A stretch of DNA of 64,000 nucleotides from Methanotrichaceae archaeon (GTDB lineage Archaea; Halobacteriota; Methanosarcinia; Methanotrichales; Methanotrichaceae), in NCBI GenBank assembly GCA_963803145.1, contig CAWDLW010000020.1, positions 96,001 through 160,000 on the forward strand, written 5' to 3'. Both the position numbers and the translations under genes were made by a program. Shown in pieces: positions 1 to 10,560 of the stretch (its first letter is position 1; each line of letters begins with the position of its first letter). The notes under the pieces are model-generated. The model saw only the letters and a list, made by a program, of their open reading frames with translations, was not told the DNA's origin and did no database searches.

Positions 1-77
1 GGCACAAAGAATAACAAAAAGCTCAATGGGAGTAAGCAAGACCTCATCGTTGTTTCGGATAAGCTCAGGATAATAAT

Positions 78-1130
78 ATGAAGCTCGATCTCAGGTCGAT
101 CAACAAGTGCGTTCGGTGTGGCACATGCCGGTCAGTCTGCCCTGTCTTCGAGGAGACTGGCTGGGAATCGAAGAACACACGAGGCCGCATCCTCGTCATG
201 CGGAGCCTGATGAATGGCTGCAAGCCCGATGCCGACGTGCTCGACAGCCTGAACACCTGCACCACATGCGGCATCTGTATAGATAGCTGCCCTGCAGACG
301 TAAACCCTGTCAGCCTTGTCGAGGGTGCAAGGAAGGAGCTTGTCTCCGATGGCGTGATGACCGATCTTCAGGCGCTGCTGAATGAGAATGTGATGGAGAG
401 CGGCAACACCTTCGGCGAATCACAGGACCGGCTGGCATGGCTGAAGGATAAAAGCCTGCTGAAGGAAAAGGCGGATTACGTTTACTTCGTTGGCTGCCTG
501 AACTCCTATCGCTACCTAGAGACAGCGAAGAAGACCTTCGATATACTCAGCCGCTTCGGCGCGACCTTGCTTCCGGCTGAGCAGTGCTGCGGCTCGCCGC
601 TGCTCAGGACGGGCTTTGATGCGAGCCTGTTGATGGAGGCAAACATCAGCCAGATTGAGGATATCGGCGCTAATACTATTATCACAGGCTGTGCGGGATG
701 CTATACTACTCTAAAAAACAATTATCCCAGGAAATTCGAGGTCAAAAGCGTTCCTGAGTTTCTGGCTGTGCATCTTTCCGAGCTGAACCTCAAGCGCCTT
801 GATTTGACTGTGACCTATCACGATCCCTGCCACCTCGGGAGGATGAACAAAGTCTTCGATCAGCCGCGCCAGGTGATTAAAGCAATCTGCAATCTGAAGG
901 AGATGGAAACCAACCGTAAGAACGCTCGCTGCTGTGGGGGCGGCGGGGGTGTGAGGGCTGGGTACAAAGATCTATCACTGCAGATGGCGAAAAGGCGGCT
1001 GGAGGATGTGCCTTCTGGCGTGGACTATATCGTGACATGCTGTCCGATGTGCATCAGGAACCTGAGCGATGCTGGGGCTGGAGAGAAAGTCGTGGATTTG
1101 GTGGAGCTGGTGGAGAGAGCGATGAGGTGA
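78..1130 (+). CDS. (Fe-S)-binding oxidoreductase, GlcF/HdrD-like (2x[4Fe-4S] + two CCG domains)
   Basis: CVRCGTCRSVCP and CTTCGICIDSCP ferredoxin motifs; QCCG, GCAGC, YHDPCHLGR, CCGGGGG and CCPMC CCG-domain motifs. Confidence 0.9.
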   Translation: MKLDLRSINKCVRCGTCRSVCPVFEETGWESKNTRGRILVMRSLMNGCKPDADVLDSLNTCTTCGICIDSCPADVNPVSLVEGARKELVSDGVMTDLQALLNENVMESGNTFGESQDRLAWLKDKSLLKEKADYVYFVGCLNSYRYLETAKKTFDILSRFGATLLPAEQCCGSPLLRTGFDASLLMEANISQIEDIGANTIITGCAGCYTTLKNNYPRKFEVKSVPEFLAVHLSELNLKRLDLTVTYHDPCHLGRMNKVFDQPRQVIKAICNLKEMETNRKNARCCGGGGGVRAGYKDLSLQMAKRRLEDVPSGVDYIVTCCPMCIRNLSDAGAGEKVVDLVELVERAMR

Positions 1131-1388
1131 CCGTCAGAGGTTCTGTTGCATATGGGTGTGTTTCAGCATCTAATGGCATCTAATGGATAACAGATGTTTA
1201 TTCTATTGTTCCACCCCCCCTTAATGCAAGAGAACAGCAACGTCATCAACATGTTGCACGTCTCTAACGTCTCGGATCTAAACACAGTGCAGACACTGTC
1301 TGCACAATTATCTTGGTCTTATTCCATCCATCTTTTAGATGATTTTAAATATGATGGCTTGTAAAACCCACCTATAAAGGAGGAATGG

Positions 1389-1775
1389 ATGATGAATAAA
1401 TACGCAATTTTATCACTAGCCCTAGTATTTTCCTTAACTGGAATAGTCTTTGCAACAAGCGTTTGCGATACTGCCCCGTGTGAAAAAATGGTCAACGCGA
1501 GCCTTGGAAATAATTTCACAATTTCCTTTGCATCCGTTTCACCGTCAACTGGATTTCAGTGGTGGACGAACTTCGATCCGAACTACCTGAGCCTGGTAAA
1601 TGAATCCTACGTCCAGAATAGTTCAGCCCCGGGAATGGTCGGCGTTCCTGGAATGGAGTCTTTCACCTTCGCTCCTAAGAAAACAGGCGAGACGGATGTA
1701 ACTATGCTTTCGCTTCAGCCTTGGGAGAATGGCACCATTGGGCAGCGCAAGATCTTCCCAGTTACCATAACTTGA
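1389..1775 (+). CDS. Secreted protease inhibitor I42 (chagasin family)
   Basis: Signal peptide; SPSTGFQW (NPTTGY-like), GMVGVPG and QPWE (RPWE-like) loops. Confidence 0.8.
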   Translation: MMNKYAILSLALVFSLTGIVFATSVCDTAPCEKMVNASLGNNFTISFASVSPSTGFQWWTNFDPNYLSLVNESYVQNSSAPGMVGVPGMESFTFAPKKTGETDVTMLSLQPWENGTIGQRKIFPVTIT

Positions 1776-2070
1776 TAGAGAATCTTGTCCGCATTTTCTA
1801 TTTTTTAATCTTTAAACTAGATGATTAATGGATAAGCGAAAGTTTTTACCTTTTTAAGTAATCAGATATATCCTCGCTTTTTTCAGTTGGGCGGCCTTAG
1901 CCTTCTATGGAGCGTTTAGCCGAGACTCCTTTGGCTAGCATAGATGCCTCATAAATTGCTAAACAGATCATTGGCGTATTAAACATAGAACAATACTTAT
2001 AATAAATAAAGGAGGACAGCATCAGCTTGGAATTTCAAAAAGGATGAGAATGGGATTAGATCCCACAAAT

Positions 2071-3834
2071 TTAATCGCCTACGAAACTGTTCGACATCTG
2101 GTTAATAACGCTCATGATAGTCATATTGGCCGACTGTCCGCTTGATTGGATGACATCAGTGCTGCCAATGCTTGACACATAGTGACCTCCCTGGGCTATT
2201 GTGCTAAGGTTATTCGAATTGGCATTCTGTAATGCCTCCTGAGCGGAGTTGACCTGGCCGTGAGCATCTAGTCCAGAGTCCTCTGATTGGTTAATCTGGC
2301 TGTCAACATTTTCATTGGCATTCTCCTCGGCGGATTGGCCTGCTGTGGCTGCAGCGGTCAAAGTCGCATTGTTGAGGATGTCTTGGGAGACGGAGCCATT
2401 GTTATTGTTGATCGCCGATTGTAATCCGGTCTGCGATTCAGTGGCTGCAGCATTGCCCGTCTTATTAATATCCGCAATGTTTGAGCTATTCTGGGCTATA
2501 TTGCTGTCAGAGTTATTATTTGCAGCCTGGCTATTGGATGCGGTCGCGGTGATATTCCCACCATCAATAGAGATGCTGTTTGAACCATTCTGGGCTATAT
2601 CGCTATCTGAGTTGTTATTTGCAGTTTGGCTGTTGATTGCAATCGCTGCATTGTCTGTATTGTTCGTGTTGTTTGCATCATCTGCGCTCTCTTTGCCCGT
2701 AACGCTGATTTTATTGTTGCTATCCTGGGTCAAGGAGCTATCGGCGTTTTTATCCGCAAGCTGATCATTGGCTGCCAGCACTTCACCATTGTTACCGCTG
2801 GCGTTGATGGTATTGCCTGCATCCTGGGATACATTGGTATGGGCGTTTGCATTTGCCTCCTGGCCATTGATAGCTGTGATATTGCTATCGCTGCTTGAGG
2901 TAATTGTGTTGGTTGCGCTCTGGGTTATTGTCGAATTGGAGTTCTCATTCGCCGTTGGATTATTGGCGGCTACTATCTCACTGGCGCTCTCTGCAGTAAC
3001 TGTATTAGTAGCACTCTGAGCAACTGATGTATTGGAGTTTGCATTTGCCTCCTGGATATTGGTCGCCGCTACGTTGCTTTCACTGCTTGCGGTAATTGTG
3101 TTGCTTGCATTCTGGCCTACAGAGCTGTTGGAATTTTCGTCTGCCTCAGGGGCATTAGTTGCGTTTACCTTGCTATCACTGGTTGCTGTAACGGTGTTGC
3201 TGGCGCTCTGATCTACGGATGTATCGGAGTTGCCGTTTGCCACCTGTACGTTGGTTGCAGCTGCATTGCTGTTGCTGATTGCCGCAATGGTGTTGCTTGT
3301 GCCCTGGGCTATAGAGCTGTCGGAGTTTCCAACTGCCTCCGGGATATTGGTTGATTCTACATTGCTATTGCTGGTTGCAGTTACGGCATTGCTGGCGCTC
3401 TGGGTAACTGTGCTGCCAGAGTTGGCATTTGCTACCTGTATATTGGTTGCCTGGGCACTGCTGTCACTGCTTGCGGTAACATCGCTGTTTGCACCCTGAA
3501 CTACGGTGCTGCCGGTATTCTCATTTCCCACCGGATTATTATTTTCCATTACACTACCGCCACTGCTTGCAGTAACGGTATTGCTTGCACTCTGGGTGAC
3601 TGTGCTGCCAGAGTTGGCATTTGCTTGCTGAGTATTGGAGGCTACTACTTTACTATCGCTACCTGCTGCACTGCTTGTGGTAACGGTATTGCTCGCACTC
3701 TGAGTCACGGAAGACCCGGAGTTGCCATTTGCTTCTTGCGTATTACTTACATTAACAACATTATTTGCTAATGCTCCGGACATCAATACCGTAAGTCCGA
3801 TAAGCAATGCTACTATTTGTTTATACATATTCAA
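2071..3834 (-). CDS. Secreted Asn/Ser/Ala/Gln-rich protein with about 10 tandem 32-aa repeats (predicted beta-solenoid)
   Basis: Signal peptide (..LMSGALA); repeats such as DSKVVASNTQQANANSGSTVTQSASNTVTASS; GGAGG RBS upstream. Confidence 0.8.
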   Translation of the reverse strand: MNMYKQIVALLIGLTVLMSGALANNVVNVSNTQEANGNSGSSVTQSASNTVTTSSAAGSDSKVVASNTQQANANSGSTVTQSASNTVTASSGGSVMENNNPVGNENTGSTVVQGANSDVTASSDSSAQATNIQVANANSGSTVTQSASNAVTATSNSNVESTNIPEAVGNSDSSIAQGTSNTIAAISNSNAAATNVQVANGNSDTSVDQSASNTVTATSDSKVNATNAPEADENSNSSVGQNASNTITASSESNVAATNIQEANANSNTSVAQSATNTVTAESASEIVAANNPTANENSNSTITQSATNTITSSSDSNITAINGQEANANAHTNVSQDAGNTINASGNNGEVLAANDQLADKNADSSLTQDSNNKISVTGKESADDANNTNNTDNAAIAINSQTANNNSDSDIAQNGSNSISIDGGNITATASNSQAANNNSDSNIAQNSSNIADINKTGNAAATESQTGLQSAINNNNGSVSQDILNNATLTAAATAGQSAEENANENVDSQINQSEDSGLDAHGQVNSAQEALQNANSNNLSTIAQGGHYVSSIGSTDVIQSSGQSANMTIMSVINQMSNSFVGD

Positions 3835-4218
3835 CCTCCTTTAGAATTCACGTCGAAGCGTTCTTCGACAGAAGTCGAATAGTGAACGCTATATTATTTA
3901 AAGATTTTGGTAAAACCGTCGATATATATAGTGCCTACAGGACGAATCTGCTTAGAATGAAGCGCCACTATGGTTGAGAATTTTTCTATTACGCCGATAG
4001 AAATATGACTAAGAAAAAACCCTTATTTTTTTTCTTAATAATTTTAAATGTTGTTCTATTCATTTAAAGTGATATTATTCGTTTAAGCATAAAAACCTTT
4101 GCTTTATCAACTATCTATGCCACCATAATTTTCATAAGTTCTCTGTATTTGAGAGCAACTTGAAGTAAATAGCGCATATGGCATAAATGGCTTTATAGCC
4201 CCTCCACTATATCTCACA

Positions 4219-5199
4219 GTGATGCTCAACGACATGGAAAGCGCCATGGCCCTTGTTGAAGGCCAAAAGCTAGAGGCTGTATCTGCAGTTAAGGATAAAT
4301 GGCTGCTGGCATTAGAGGAAGCCTCGAAGATATTGAAGTGGCCTGAAAGATTTATCGTTCAGTATAACCCGGCCATCTGGAGAAGATCGCACTATCCTGT
4401 CGGCATGAGGCTTCTTTCCGATCCCTTTAAGGAGTATCTTATATTCGAATTTGCCACCCCCAATTACATCCTGCCTTTTGATTGCTTTGAACTCGGAAGG
4501 GCAAAGATAGGTGTCATGCTCCACGAGTTCAGCCATCTAATTGATGACGAGCGCTGGGGATTCGATCTGAGAAGCTTAGCAATAGAGGCAGGAGAATTCA
4601 TAACCAGGGAGCAGAGAGCTGAGCTAATGGCCTTCGCCTGCTGCCCAATCGGAGTTTTCGAAGCCAACCTGGCCTTGATTATGTCCACTGCCAGAATGCT
4701 TGATGTGGAGCTTGGCGATCACTCCAAAGCCCTGGCTGCAGCGGAGACTATGGGCCATGCGGGTCTTGCCGGCGAGGCTGATCCTATAGAGGTTTTCAAG
4801 GAAATCCAAGGAGAGGGCATTCCTGCGGATAAAATTCTTGAGCATTATTTATGCACCTTCGCCTTTTCCCTGGCAGGACTCACCACTACGCCAAATTTAA
4901 ACGAAAGACAGGGCCTAGGGATCAAGAGATCCAAAGATTTGACGCAGGCTAATAAGTGGCTTTGCCAGCATCTTAGGGGCGAGGTGGATTTTCCGAAGCT
5001 TCAAGATCTGCTTGAGGACATTGGCTATTATGCATTCTCTGAGGAGGGATATGATCCTCTTAGCTGCCTGGAATTCACTTGCGTCGATCGAATGGCGGCC
5101 AAGGAGAATATCTCCCACGCTAAAAGCTACTTTGCGGAGGAGCCCTGTTTCATGGATCTTCTCAACGCTACTGAAGCGCTAAGAATGAAGTTGAAATGA
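4219..5199 (+). CDS. Hypothetical protein with HExxH zinc-metallopeptidase motif
   Basis: MLHEFSHL followed by a downstream EQRAE motif. Confidence 0.55.
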   Translation: MMLNDMESAMALVEGQKLEAVSAVKDKWLLALEEASKILKWPERFIVQYNPAIWRRSHYPVGMRLLSDPFKEYLIFEFATPNYILPFDCFELGRAKIGVMLHEFSHLIDDERWGFDLRSLAIEAGEFITREQRAELMAFACCPIGVFEANLALIMSTARMLDVELGDHSKALAAAETMGHAGLAGEADPIEVFKEIQGEGIPADKILEHYLCTFAFSLAGLTTTPNLNERQGLGIKRSKDLTQANKWLCQHLRGEVDFPKLQDLLEDIGYYAFSEEGYDPLSCLEFTCVDRMAAKENISHAKSYFAEEPCFMDLLNATEALRMKLK

Positions 5200-5266
5200 T
5201 TATTGTAAATATAATTAGAGAACTCATAAAATTTTGGGATCGAAGAAGAGACACACAAGATAATGC

Positions 5267-5587
5267 TTAGCGGTAATCCTCCCTTGCGGGGTTGAACGTA
5301 TCCACTACTACAGATCTCTCAATGGCGATTGCGCCGTGCTTCACACCAGAAGGCGCATAGTAAGTATCCCCAGGTCCCAGATCAAAGTGCTCTCCATCGA
5401 TTATGAGTCTCAACTTTCCTGAAGCGATATATCCTATCTGCTCATGCGGGTGAGCATGGCCCGGTATCTCAACGCCAGCATTGAGGGTGAACTCACAGAT
5501 CATCATTGACTTGCCTTCGGCCAGCGTGCGGCGGATGAGGCCCGGCACCATCTCCACTGGGGAAGCACTTGAATATTTGTTAATCAT
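5267..5587 (-). CDS. Cupin domain protein
   Basis: HAHPHEQIGY...G motif 1 and GDTYYAPSGVKHG motif 2. Confidence 0.9.
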   Translation of the reverse strand: MINKYSSASPVEMVPGLIRRTLAEGKSMMICEFTLNAGVEIPGHAHPHEQIGYIASGKLRLIIDGEHFDLGPGDTYYAPSGVKHGAIAIERSVVVDTFNPAREDYR

Positions 5588-5821
5588 CGCTTCCCTTAAG
5601 GATCGATTGGAATCTTCAATCTGACGGTACTATCACTGCTTTTATCCCAAAGCTAATCGGAATATGCTTTGTGAACCCTTTGTGCGTTTAATGATTTTAT
5701 TTTTAATGATTTTATAGTGGTAGGTAGAGCGCATAGGCATTAAACATCTGATGTGATTCTACCAACTGCAAGAAGGGCACAAAATAAAAATATTGGTATC
5801 AGGGGCTTTTGATAAAAATGC

Positions 5822-6196
5822 TCAAGGCTTCTCTACAATATCGCCTTTGATGCCGTTGAGCATATTGAGAATCTCCTTTTGCTCGGCATCATCAACCTTG
5901 AAGCTATCGAGAGACCCAACAAGATGAGATATCATCGTCTGCCAGCTCACTCCGTCAATCCCCATGCCCTTATGGATAGTCTTCATATCGCGTCCTGTGT
6001 AGTAACATGGCCCTCCAGCGGCTTCGCAGATCATGTTTACCTGCAGCTGACGCAGCCTCCTTCTCGAATCATCTCCATGGCCGGCAAAGTATCTTGCCAA
6101 CCTCTGATCTCTTCCCATTCGCCTCATCAGATCATCGACGACCGCTACAATTGTATTATAGCCGCCGAGCCTTTCATAGAGTGATGCATTTGCCAT
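5822..6196 (-). CDS. Group 1 truncated hemoglobin
   Basis: SLYERLGG, GGPCYYTGRDMKTIH and HLVGSL motifs. Confidence 0.92.
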   Translation of the reverse strand: MANASLYERLGGYNTIVAVVDDLMRRMGRDQRLARYFAGHGDDSRRRLRQLQVNMICEAAGGPCYYTGRDMKTIHKGMGIDGVSWQTMISHLVGSLDSFKVDDAEQKEILNMLNGIKGDIVEKP

Positions 6197-6274
6197 ATCA
6201 ATCCCTCACATCCACGCATTCTATCTACAGTGAGATAAAAGTTTTCCTAAGATTTTGTCATGTCCAATAGGTGA

Positions 6275-7018
6275 TCAATATCCAGGCGATTGACCTTTGC
6301 AGTAAGTTACACTAAAGCCATTAGGAAGTAATTCCATCCTTAAGCCGGTATACCCTTTGCTAATAAGATCGACCTGGACAACGATGTCTGAACTATCTAT
6401 CTTTACTTCATTTACTTCATCAGAGCCAAAGGAAATTGGGCATAACACATTTTGATATAAGATATATCTCCACCAGCCGCTGAACTTTCTCTTGAGGCCT
6501 CTGATAACAAAGCCGCATAACATCAGATTTCTCAGGCTCACAGGATTCTTAGGAGAGACCGTGCAGAAAATGTGCTCATAACCCATTTTCTTGAGCACTT
6601 CCAGGTGCTGTCTTGCCATCCTTCTCTGCAGCGAATTTCCTCTATAATCAGGATGGACGACTGTTGCCTGCAGGTGGGCGGCCTTCATCAGACCCTCCTC
6701 GGATAGGTCTATGTCCCGCCCCAGATTTCCACAGCCTTCCTGTGACTTGAACTCTCTTGGAACATAAATCAGGCTGTAAGCTATCAGGCCGTCCTCAGTT
6801 GATACTCCTATCACAGATCGTTCAACTTTGAATATTTCTTTGAAATAATCGATTGGGTGAGTCCAGAAGATCTCTGGATCAGGAAGGCCCCGAACTATGG
6901 TATTCTGAAGTCCTATGAGCTCATGTAATCTTCCTTCATCCAGGAAATCCATCTCATAGTTTACGTCCCTCTCTAAAGGCTGGCCTTTATTTTTTATGAG
7001 CCTTCCAATCCGTATCAA
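6275..7018 (-). CDS. GNAT family N-acetyltransferase
   Basis: VVHPDYRGNSLQ acetyl-CoA motif A; TVSPKNPVSLRNL. Confidence 0.85.
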   Translation of the reverse strand: MIRIGRLIKNKGQPLERDVNYEMDFLDEGRLHELIGLQNTIVRGLPDPEIFWTHPIDYFKEIFKVERSVIGVSTEDGLIAYSLIYVPREFKSQEGCGNLGRDIDLSEEGLMKAAHLQATVVHPDYRGNSLQRRMARQHLEVLKKMGYEHIFCTVSPKNPVSLRNLMLCGFVIRGLKRKFSGWWRYILYQNVLCPISFGSDEVNEVKIDSSDIVVQVDLISKGYTGLRMELLPNGFSVTYCKGQSPGY

Positions 7019-7167
7019 ATTCGTGCCTCTTCTGCTAAAATGCCGGCAGCAGCTCTTGTGGAATATCCGTTTCTTACTGGATTATTCCCCATACCAGATC
7101 GCTCCTTTTACTCGATTATAGTAGCATTGCCTTAATATCCGAGAAGAAGATATAAAATATATCGGTC

Positions 7168-7452
7168 ATGGAGATTGCAAATTGGGCTGAGATCTTAAGA
7201 GAGCTCGAAGAGCTTTATGAGCTTCATGAGCAGGGGGCCTCTGACCCCAAGAAATGCCGGGAGTTCAACTCCAGAGCATCCGTATTTCTCAGCAAGATGG
7301 AAGATATGGGCGCAAATCAGATGGCAGATAGGATGATGGATATTCTGGGAGGCTGCAGCCCCAAAGATTTTTCTCCATGTGATAACCGCCAGAACACAAA
7401 GGGCGCCCTGGAAAGGCTCAGGAATAAAGCAAAGGAGAATCTTGGCCAGTAG
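7168..7452 (+). CDS. Hypothetical protein
   Basis: ATG-started 94-aa ORF with protein-like composition and an upstream TATA-like tract. Confidence 0.6.
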   Translation: MEIANWAEILRELEELYELHEQGASDPKKCREFNSRASVFLSKMEDMGANQMADRMMDILGGCSPKDFSPCDNRQNTKGALERLRNKAKENLGQ

Positions 7453-7997
7453 ATCTACAGCTTTTTTGGTGAATACTAAAGATATCATAATCCAGAGATA
7501 GTAAGAGATCATACTATCTATATAAGAAGAGAGATTCGTTAGCGATGATTTGAATACGGCTTGCCTCCATATTTATTAAATTTCGGATAATGTTTTGAAG
7601 AGCAAGCCCTTTTTGCGGACATCCTCTTCCTAAGCGAGGATGTCTTCTCATGGTCCAACGAGAGAGTAAACAGCTTTAAGCTCATCATTATTATTGCCTC
7701 TTAATAGCATATCAGTTATCCATGGACTTGCTATCCCAAACTAAGCAAGCCAGTATAAGAAAGATAACCGGTATATTAGATAATAAGTGTTATAATAGAT
7801 AACACACCAGGAATGATAAATCGGGAGTGGCTATCTGAAAAATTCGTACTGATTTTAGGTAGCAGCCAGTGATGGCGATATTAGTAATAGTATCTGCCCC
7901 GTGGCAAACAGGTAAAGTCCAGGATCTTTCAGAGCCTATTGTATCTTTCAGTTTAGCGCTCCTTTTGTGCCGATGCCCTTAGCTCCGGCAGTTTCAG

Positions 7998-9086
7998 CTA
8001 TATTGTATCATTGACCGGAGGCAGCTCATGCGCATCCCAGTCCTGCCATGAATAGACCTTTGAATTGAATCCCATGAGCTGCAGCGCATACCAGACCAGG
8101 GATGCATTGGCGATATCCGTGGAATACACGACAACCGGCTTACCTTTGTCAAGCTTCGAGAAGGTATTATTCAGCTTAGAAGCATCCTTTATCCTTCCAT
8201 TTTCAAGTACATCATTTGTAGGGATCCAGAAGGAATTGGGGATTCTGCCACCTCCGAAATCCTGGAAGCTCCTTGCATCTACAACCTGAGCAACGCCTGA
8301 TTTCACATAGCCGTAATCCGCGAGCAACTCAGGATTTACCTTTGCAGTATAGCTGACCTTCGGCAAAGTTTTCAGCTTAGTATCCAGAGGCAGACTGGCA
8401 CCTATCCAATCATGCAGATCTCCATCCAGCAGTTTTACATTGTCCTGGCCAAGGTATTTCATCAACCAGAAAACAAATGCTGCCTCGCCCGATTCAAAGG
8501 CGCTGCTGTAAACAACAACTGAATCGTCGCTGGAAACCCCTGCATCTCCAAGGATTCTTGTGATCTCAGAGACTGGCCTAATTGTGCCGTTTTCATAAAT
8601 GAAGCTCTTTGAGGGGATGTAAATAGCGCCTCGGATAAATGCATCTCCCTTAGAGTGGTTGCTCGTTACATCCAAGACTAGATCAGAGCTGGATACACTT
8701 TGCATCGCTTTGAGGGTATCTCCTTTCGGAAAACTATCCGATCTATAAACCTGGATAGAGTCCATTGAAGAATCCGCTGAAGGACTCATTGGGGAATCCA
8801 TTGAGGAATCCATCGAAGAATCCGACGAGGCCTTCGGTATAGATTCAGTATCATTCAGTGTGCTGCCTATAGCTGCCTGTCCCACCTTTAGGCTGCTTCC
8901 CGCTGCCATATCTTGGATGCTTCCGCCGGCCATGGGCACATCAGAGCTGAGGAATGCCTGTGCAGTAGCATCCCAGTCCTGAGAGTTACCACCACAGCCG
9001 CCAGGCGGGCATTGAGCATCTGCATATGAGAGCAGAGCCGTGATCATTAAAGCAATTCCTAGAAAGATCAGCAATTTACTGCCCAT
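7998..9086 (-). CDS. Secreted tandem rhodanese-domain protein lacking the catalytic Cys
   Basis: Probable start MGSKLL at 9086 with GGAGG RBS; signal peptide; FIRGAIYIP, LLDG, VVDARS..F.GGRIPNS; active-site loops read VVYSSA and VVYSTD. Confidence 0.8.
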   Translation of the reverse strand: MGSKLLIFLGIALMITALLSYADAQCPPGGCGGNSQDWDATAQAFLSSDVPMAGGSIQDMAAGSSLKVGQAAIGSTLNDTESIPKASSDSSMDSSMDSPMSPSADSSMDSIQVYRSDSFPKGDTLKAMQSVSSSDLVLDVTSNHSKGDAFIRGAIYIPSKSFIYENGTIRPVSEITRILGDAGVSSDDSVVVYSSAFESGEAAFVFWLMKYLGQDNVKLLDGDLHDWIGASLPLDTKLKTLPKVSYTAKVNPELLADYGYVKSGVAQVVDARSFQDFGGGRIPNSFWIPTNDVLENGRIKDASKLNNTFSKLDKGKPVVVYSTDIANASLVWYALQLMGFNSKVYSWQDWDAHELPPVNDTI

Positions 9087-9291
9087 ACCAAATGCCTCCG
9101 GATCAAATAAGGTTGAGATCTCAACCCTAAAGTCTTGCTTCGGCATAAACTCCGGCGCTCTTAAAGATTTCCCATCAATTATGTATAAAATCACCATACA
9201 ATCCAAATGTTACATATTTAGTAATAATATTGTTAATATTATTAATTAGCAATATTACTATTATCCATGCTTTCCTTATTCATGATCCAGC

Positions 9292-10350
9292 TGTGTAGTC
9301 CCGAAATCTTTGACTTTATATACCCACCAAAGGGGCATGGGAAAGAAGAATAAGGTTGTAAAGCTAACACAAAGAAAGATCCGGTACATAATCCGAGCTA
9401 AAACCAGTAACATCAGCACCAAAAGAATCGCTGCTGAGATGAAAGTCAGCGAGTCAACCGTTAAGCGAGTCTGGATGCATTGGATGAAAACCAAGATGCC
9501 CCTAAACATTAACAAATTTGGACGTAAGAAAAAAGATGTTGATGAGGAATCAGAGAGATTGATATTAGAAACCAACAAAGAGCAAAATTTGGGGGCAAGG
9601 CGTCTTGAAAAGATCATAGAATTCAAGTACGGAAAACATATCCCTCACAACACAATTCACAAGGTTCTGCTGAATCATGGCCAAGCTAAAGTAAACCGTA
9701 ATAAAGCGAAGCGTAGAAAACCTTGGGTCAGGTGGGAACGCAAGCACAGCCTGACACTGGTACATCTGGACTGGCATACCAGTAAGCTCAATGGAAAAAA
9801 GGTATGTGCAGTTCTTGATGATAGTTCGCGGCGAATTCTCGCAGGCGGAGAGTTCGATGCAGAAACTACTGAGAATAGTATCATGCTCCTTCAGGAGGCG
9901 CTGGATAACTTTGGATGGCTGACGGGAATCAGTCAGGTAATGACTGATCATGGAACTCAGTTCTATGCCAATAAACGAGATAAAAAGGGAGAGGCCGATA
10001 GCAGATTTGAGAACTTCCTTAAGGATAATAAAATAGTCCATATTAAAGCGAGAGTCAAACACCCTCAGACAAATGGCAAATTCGAAAAATGGAATGATAC
10101 ATACCAAAAGAACAGGTCTAGGTTCGATAATTTTGACAATTTCATGGATTGGTATAACACTGTTAGGTTCCATGAATCGCTCGATACAAAATGGTATCTT
10201 CAGACGCCAGATAGTGCTTTCTGGTCCAGGCTACCAGAAGGGTGCAAGCTGAAAATGTTTCTCGATCGTATGGAGACTGAATTAAATGTTAGAGATAGAA
10301 CCTAAAAGTAGAGACCGAGTATATAAAGTCAAAACATTCGGGACTCTACA
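9292..10350 (+). mobile_element. IS481-family insertion sequence (1059 bp)
   Basis: TGT...ACA ends; 32-bp imperfect terminal IRs (27/32); flanking 15-bp direct repeat TATTCATGATCCAGC at 9277-9291 and 10351-10365. Confidence 0.95.
9337..10305 (+). CDS. IS481-family DDE transposase (integrase core)
   Basis: N-terminal HTH; HLDWH, VLDDSSR, TDHGTQF and HPQTNGKFEKWN; likely ATG at 9337. Confidence 0.93.
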   Translation: MGKKNKVVKLTQRKIRYIIRAKTSNISTKRIAAEMKVSESTVKRVWMHWMKTKMPLNINKFGRKKKDVDEESERLILETNKEQNLGARRLEKIIEFKYGKHIPHNTIHKVLLNHGQAKVNRNKAKRRKPWVRWERKHSLTLVHLDWHTSKLNGKKVCAVLDDSSRRILAGGEFDAETTENSIMLLQEALDNFGWLTGISQVMTDHGTQFYANKRDKKGEADSRFENFLKDNKIVHIKARVKHPQTNGKFEKWNDTYQKNRSRFDNFDNFMDWYNTVRFHESLDTKWYLQTPDSAFWSRLPEGCKLKMFLDRMETELNVRDRT

Positions 10351-10560
10351 TATTCATGATCCAGCCAAAAACGATTTATACGAAAACGCAAGAGCTACTC
10401 GGCAAATGTCTAAGGCCATATAGGCTATTGTACGATAAATGCCTTAATTGGGCCTTCAACTATGTGCGGCTGCTGTTCAGGCAATTATTGCTTATCCGCC
10501 TATGGGAAAGATTAAAGCTATTAGAGCTAGATAACTAATCAAGAAATATAGGGAGTAAAT

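Noticed and set aside
2315-3499. Hydrophobic plus-strand ORFs
   Set aside because: Antisense shadows of the Asn/Ser-rich repeat gene.
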